DNA from: Synechococcus sp.
GTDB taxonomy: Bacteria; Cyanobacteriota; Cyanobacteriia; Thermostichales; PCC-7336
Direction: 5' to 3'
Length of the DNA stretch: 64,000 bases
Assembly: GCA_051439605.1 (NCBI GenBank)
Contig: JBFRWN010000039.1
Location: 1-64,000, forward strand
The notes under the pieces were generated by a model, which made no database searches, had not been told where the DNA came from, and was given only the letters and a program-made list of their open reading frames with translations. Shown in pieces: positions 58,898-64,000 of this stretch. The number at the start of each line of letters is the position of its first letter. Within the stretch, counting starts at the first letter, position 1. Both the position numbers and the translations under genes were made by a program.

Positions 58898-60628
58898 TTA
58901 CCTGCCGGGATCGACCTGCAGCAAAACACCGTCTTTCCCATAATTGTAGAGAAAAAAGATACGACCTAACGTGTCTGTTACGGCGCTGCCAGTAATATAT
59001 CCGTGTGACTGACCACTCCAACCTGTGCTGGGATGCGCTTGGAAAAATGACGTCATGTCAACAGTTCGGGTTTGGCCCGATGCAATATCAAACTCATAGA
59101 ATTTATAGGTTGCCAAATTCGCACCAAAATTTGGACCGAATGTTATGGCATACAACTTTGTCTCATCCCTAGAGAGGGTTATTCCCCAAACCGTAACATC
59201 AGCGGGAGTAAACGCACCAAGCCTGGACCAGACCTTGGTTCTTAGGTCAACCTGATAGAGAGTTCCTTGGGAGCTAGTTACGTAGCCCAGAGTGCGATCG
59301 CGATTGTCCACCTGGCCATTCCAGAATCCATCCCGAGTGTTGAATCCGATTTTTGTGGTCGAGTCTGAGGCAATGTTGTATCTGTAGATTGAATGGACAT
59401 CTCTCCCGTACGACCAAAACATATTGCCATTAGGAGTTGTGACAATTCCGCGTCCATTGTGGCTTCCGAGATGTTGTTGAATACCGCTGACGTGTTTAGT
59501 ATTTCCGGTCTTGGTGTTGTATAAAACAAGGTCGCCTGAGGGTGTGGTCTGACCCACAACGATATCGAGCTCTGGCAATCCCCACATAGCAAGGAGCCCC
59601 TCGCTCTTATTAAACACCCCACCAGGTTGGAAAGCGCTCAGGTCTTCTAATTTGCCCGTTGCACAGTCAATAGCAATAACATGTGAACCGCGAACACCGG
59701 GGTCGTAATCGTTGAGCCCGTGAAATCCCTGAGTACCAAAATACATTTTGCCATTTTGGTAAACAATGTGTGTATGTCCTTTGGGAATAGGCTCACCATC
59801 TTGCCAATTGCCGGCTTCGATTAGGGTTTGCCGAACAGATCCGAGATAGGCCGTTTCGCCGGTAACAGCGTTATACCGTAGAACATCCAGGTCATCCGGA
59901 TTTCGTTTCACATTGAACGCCACGTAAATATTGTCCCACGGGTCAATACCGATGGCCCCCATGCCCATTGGGTAGTTTGCGTCAGTGGGACGGACCGAAC
60001 GAAAGTCGATTTTTTCGACAGAAAACTCCCGATCTGGCTCCGGTAGAGATGCAGGATCGATCTCGGTTGCATTGATGCCAATATCCAACTCATCGCCTGT
60101 TACCGTAACTCGAGCTCGATCGCTGTTGAATTCATCAACAAACTCTATGCCCTTGTTAGCGGTGATAGCGCCCGAAAGTGGGTTGTCGGAGATGAGAAAT
60201 GCCTTGATGGAGCTCCAAGGCCTGTTTGGTTGGCTGTGTTCGATATGCCAACCGTCTAACAAGGGAATCTTTGCTCCCTCTGACGGCACTGCGACCGCCA
60301 CCGTTTTGGTATTGGGCACGTAATCCTCGTTGCGATCCGACATAGAAGCCGCGCCCTCGACTGAGAAATTCTCCTGGAGAAGTCGGTAATAGCCGTTTAC
60401 GCCAGTTGCAACGAGCGAAAACCGGGGTTCATCCGCGTTTGCATGGGCTCCTAACGCGCCCTGACCGATAAACCCTTCACTGCATCCGCTGAGGCCCACG
60501 ACAGTGAAGACTCCGATGGCTGTCACCCAGGTGCCAAAATCTTCGCGGGATGGCACATGATGGCGTGCCTGCCGAGCCATGCGCCCTGGTCCAAGAGCCG
60601 GATCTTGTGAAGTCCAATGTTTGGCCAT
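58898..60628 (-). CDS. Hypothetical exported (lipo)protein with probable beta-propeller
   Basis: Hydrophobic segment ending in lipobox LSGC; repeated blades (RYNAVTGE, IDCATGK, YNTKTGN, RYNIAS, EFDIASG). Start uncertain. Confidence 0.65.
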   Translation of the reverse strand: MAKHWTSQDPALGPGRMARQARHHVPSREDFGTWVTAIGVFTVVGLSGCSEGFIGQGALGAHANADEPRFSLVATGVNGYYRLLQENFSVEGAASMSDRNEDYVPNTKTVAVAVPSEGAKIPLLDGWHIEHSQPNRPWSSIKAFLISDNPLSGAITANKGIEFVDEFNSDRARVTVTGDELDIGINATEIDPASLPEPDREFSVEKIDFRSVRPTDANYPMGMGAIGIDPWDNIYVAFNVKRNPDDLDVLRYNAVTGETAYLGSVRQTLIEAGNWQDGEPIPKGHTHIVYQNGKMYFGTQGFHGLNDYDPGVRGSHVIAIDCATGKLEDLSAFQPGGVFNKSEGLLAMWGLPELDIVVGQTTPSGDLVLYNTKTGNTKHVSGIQQHLGSHNGRGIVTTPNGNMFWSYGRDVHSIYRYNIASDSTTKIGFNTRDGFWNGQVDNRDRTLGYVTSSQGTLYQVDLRTKVWSRLGAFTPADVTVWGITLSRDETKLYAITFGPNFGANLATYKFYEFDIASGQTRTVDMTSFFQAHPSTGWSGQSHGYITGSAVTDTLGRIFFLYNYGKDGVLLQVDPGR

Positions 60629-60792
60629 ACCGACCTCTTTCTCCCTCATCGCTTTCTACCAACAGACGGATGACCCGATTCATGGGCACTGTCAACTTAG
60701 ATAGTCAGTAGTTGAGAATATATTCATTAAGCGAACGAATCATCCTATCGAGAGCAAAATAGAGGATGTTCTAGGCGCGCGAAGCTGGCAAT

Positions 60793-61789
60793 CTAGGAAA
60801 AATCCGAACATTCCCCACCTAACCCATCCACGATCGCGCAAGTATTCACTTCTAACATCTGCTGATAAGTCACCGCCGGTGTTCCTTTCCCTCCCGGTCC
60901 CTCCACATACAAAGGTTGTTCAGGTACGATGACCCCCGCATCCCGTGCCACGGTTTCAATACTGTCTCGATTCGTAGTCGTTTCAGCAACGATCGCTTTC
61001 ACACCTGAATCTTGCACTAAATCTATGAGCTCTGCCATGCGACCTGCAGAAGGGGTTTTTTCATTACTGATGCCACTCAACGCACCCGCAACTTCAAACC
61101 TGTAGGCATTTGCAAAATATCCGAACGATGCGTGGGTGGTGACTAACCTGCGATCGCCTTCCGGAACCGCCGCCACCTGAACCTGAATCCACTCGTGCAG
61201 ACTGGCTAGCTCCTCTACCAGCTCTAACTCGTTGGCCCGAATTGCATCGGCGCTGTCTGGAAACGCCTCGACAAGCTGAGCTGCGATCGCCTTTACCAGC
61301 TCAACCCCATTACTCGCACTGTGCCAAACATGCGGATCTACTACTAATTCATCGCAATTATGAGGATCTTCGTCATGATGTTTGTCGTCATGGCCGCAGT
61401 GGCGAGCCTGACTCATCAGCGGGGCGGGAACCGCTGCTTCGAAAACTGCTACCTTTGGGGCGCTGTTAGAAGACGCAGCAACTAACGCTTCAAGATCCGG
61501 AGCAAAATGATATCCCCCGCACAAAATCAGATCCGCATCGTCACTATCAGCCCGATCTTGAGGGGTAGGTTCATAGGTGTGCGGCTCTTGACCGGGGGGA
61601 ACTAAACAGGCTAGGAAGAACTGATTCTCCGCAATCTGCCGGGCTAAATCGCAAATGATGCTGGTCGTGGCAACTAGAGCAGGCTTTCTCTGGGCTAGTT
61701 CTTCATCTTCAACGTCGAGTATCGTCATTCCGCAGGACAGCGGCAGCACTGATAAAGGCAACACCCCCCCACAAACGAGCAAATTTCAT
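60793..61789 (-). pseudogene. Zn/Mn ABC substrate-binding lipoprotein (ZnuA/TroA type), frameshifted in the signal peptide
   Basis: EPHTYEP, His-rich loop, DPHVW, LVTTH; ATG 61789 (MKFARLWG) is out of frame by one extra G in the G7 run at 61764-61770. Confidence 0.75.
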
Positions 61790-61849
61790 AAACAACACCT
61801 AAAACAAGACCTCAAAGGCCGAGAGGGTTTGCTAGGATTCTACTCAGAT

Positions 61850-61864
61850 CGAGAATCATTATCA
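61850..61864. promoter_or_regulatory. Zur/Fur-type 7-1-7 box
   Basis: CGAGAATCATTATCA versus consensus TGATAATNATTATCA, between the divergent metal-ABC genes. Confidence 0.7.
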
Positions 61865-61874
61865 TTCGCAGCCA

Positions 61875-62393
61875 ATGATAGAAATCCAATCTTTGTCTGT
61901 CAACTACCGTGGAGTGCGGGCGCTGGAAAACGTTTGCGCCAACTTGCCTGCTGGAGAGTTGATTGGGGCGATCGGGCCAAACGGAGCTGGAAAAAGTACG
62001 CTGCTAAAAGCCATGCTGGGCTTGGTGCCTGCAGTTGGCGGCCGGGTTTTATTGGATGGCCTTCCCCTCAGACAGCAGCGCCGCAAAGTGGCTTACGTAC
62101 CCCAGCGATCGCAAATTGATTGGGACTTTCCCACCTCCGCCAGGAGCGTTGTGATGATGGCTCGCACAGCGGCAATGGGCTGGCTGAAATGGGCCAACCG
62201 CCACGAGCGGCAAGTGGTGCCTAAGGCACTCGAGCAGGTAGAAATGTGGGATTGGCGTCACCGTCAGATTGGAGAATTATCGGGCGGACAGCATTCAGCA
62301 GGCTTTCGGGGCTGCCATGCAAGTCAACCAATGCGAGGCCCATTACCCCCCAGAGCCCGCCCTAGTGGCATAGGACAGACATCTCTCTATTAA
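61875..62393 (+). pseudogene. Metal ABC ATP-binding protein (ZnuC/MntA type) with internal deletion
   Basis: GPNGAGKS, YVPQR and GELSGGQ present; Walker B, D-loop and H-loop missing; the C-terminal IQQAFG follows directly in another frame. Confidence 0.85.
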
Positions 62394-62407
62394 TGAGCCT
62401 GACTTGA

Positions 62408-63313
62408 ATGCTGGATTGGCTGTTCGCCCCTCTGAACTACGAGTTCATGCGGTATTCCCTGGTAATGGGAGCAATTGTAGGGATTTTGTGCCCTGCGATC
62501 GGGGCGTTTCTGATCGTGCAGCGGCTGTCGATGTTGGGCAATGTCATCTCCCACTCGGTGCTACCGGGGTTAGCCATTGCCAACTTTTTTGGGATTAACC
62601 TCTTGCTCGGAGCCTTTGTTTCAGGCGTGTCCAGTACGCTGGCGATCGCCTGGATTCGGGCCAAGACCAAGGTGAAAGCCGATGCGGCCATGTCTTTAAC
62701 GCTGGCGAGTTTTTTTGCGATCGGGGTGGTGCTGCTCAGTCTGCTAGATAGCCGTCTGGATTTGGAAGACCTGCTATTTGGCAATATTTTGAGCGTGTCC
62801 CCGTCAGATGTTTGGCAGGCGGGAATTGTGACGCTGGTCATCCTGCTACTCATCACCTTATTTTACAAAGAACTGTTGTTTTTCACCTTCGATCGCCATG
62901 GAGCTGAAGCCGCCGGGTTACCCGTCAACCTGATTAACATCAGTTTTGTGGCAGCGGTTGCCCTAACCATCGTTGTGGGGATGCAAACGGTGGGGGTCAT
63001 CTTGGTAATTTCCTTGCTGGTGGGTCCGGCTCTAACCGCTTACCTGCTGGTCAAACAGCTCCATTGGACGATCGCTATCGGAACCCTGCTGGGGATCGTT
63101 TCTAGCATGGGTGGCATGTACCTCAGCTTTCACTTCGATATACCTTCGGGGCCGGCGATCGCGATCGTCGTTTACGCTCTATTTCTGCTAGCACTGCTAT
63201 TCAGCCCCACCCAAGGGCTACTCACCCTCAAACAGTGGTGGGGTCAGCAATCCAAGCAAGGGGTAAGGACTACTGCATTTGCCAAGCAGTTGGAAAAAGC
63301 GGAAAAAGGCTAG
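62408..63313 (+). CDS. Metal ABC transporter permease (ZnuB/MntB type)
   Basis: ISHSVLPG, LLFGNIL, FTFD, QTVGVILV, PSGPAI. Confidence 0.93.
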   Translation: MLDWLFAPLNYEFMRYSLVMGAIVGILCPAIGAFLIVQRLSMLGNVISHSVLPGLAIANFFGINLLLGAFVSGVSSTLAIAWIRAKTKVKADAAMSLTLASFFAIGVVLLSLLDSRLDLEDLLFGNILSVSPSDVWQAGIVTLVILLLITLFYKELLFFTFDRHGAEAAGLPVNLINISFVAAVALTIVVGMQTVGVILVISLLVGPALTAYLLVKQLHWTIAIGTLLGIVSSMGGMYLSFHFDIPSGPAIAIVVYALFLLALLFSPTQGLLTLKQWWGQQSKQGVRTTAFAKQLEKAEKG

Positions 63314-63774
63314 GAAACCTCTGCCAGTAACCCCTCACAGGCATCTTTCAAAAGATCGACCACGTAGCTAAAGCCGGTGGCCCCCCCATAATACGGATCG
63401 GGGACTTCCTCATCGCTGTGGTCAGAACAGTAACTGCACATCATCTTGACTTTGTGGACATATATCCCGGCAAGATCTTGGCGAAGGATATTGCGATGGT
63501 TCTCTCGATCCATCGCCAAAATTAGATCGAACGTTTCAAAATCTTCCAGCCGGAATTGGCGAGCCCGACCCGACAGCTGAATGCCTTGAGCAATTGCTGC
63601 CTGCTGCATGCGGCGATCGGGGGGCTCCCCCACGTGAAAGCCTGATGTCCCGGCGGAATCGCACTGAATAGCGTCAGACAACCCTGCTGCGGTTATCAGA
63701 TGCTGCATGACTCCTTCTGCCGTTGGCGATCGGCAGATGTTTCCTAAGCAAACGAACAACAACTTTGTTGACAT
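63310..63774 (-). CDS. Low molecular weight protein-tyrosine phosphatase
   Basis: FVCLGNICRSP P-loop, DSAGT, PDPYYG. Confidence 0.95.
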   Translation of the reverse strand: MSTKLLFVCLGNICRSPTAEGVMQHLITAAGLSDAIQCDSAGTSGFHVGEPPDRRMQQAAIAQGIQLSGRARQFRLEDFETFDLILAMDRENHRNILRQDLAGIYVHKVKMMCSYCSDHSDEEVPDPYYGGATGFSYVVDLLKDACEGLLAEVS

Positions 63775-64000
63775 GTAGCACACCGTATAAGAAGCCAGAG
63801 TTACACAAAATTTTATAGCGAAGGCTTCCCCAGCACCTTGGAAGAAGTTCCTTGCATGCAAGAGTTCGAGAGAAATCGTAGAGGCTGTTCGAGTCCGAGA
63901 AGTCGATGACTTACTAGGGATCGGCGATTTCCTGTCAGCTCCCCTGAGGCCAATCGCAACCCCTAACTCCTAAGACTCTCTTAACGAAGCCAGCAAATCG

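Overview
Cyanobacterial chromosomal window: the HIP1 octamer GCGATCGC is frequent, and psbA, CP12, NtcA-type boxes and a cyanobacteriochrome are present. Housekeeping genes include prlC, rpsB-tsf, thiC with a TPP riboswitch, thrS, nadM-nadV, psbA, pyrFE and a thioredoxin. Accessory modules: (1) a ubiquitin/ThiS-like protein ending in GG translationally coupled to a DUF4132 protein; (2) a complete Anbu / CP-ATP-grasp / alpha-E / transglutaminase locus with a perfect NtcA box; (3) a DXCF cyanobacteriochrome phosphorelay followed by two identically built direct-repeat promoters, two small proteins, an out-of-context infA and a divergent NtcA paralog; (4) tandem Lrp regulators; (5) a Trx / CBS-CP12 / Zn-ribbon / recombinase-domain cluster; (6) an AT-rich sulfotransferase islet with attC-like sites and IS remnants, bounded by a 76-bp duplication of a gene 3' end; (7) a decaying Zn/Mn ABC transporter. 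Two copies of a ~94-bp MITE occur. No rRNA, tRNA or CRISPR array was seen. Family and DUF names are recognised from motifs by eye and from memory, not from database searches.
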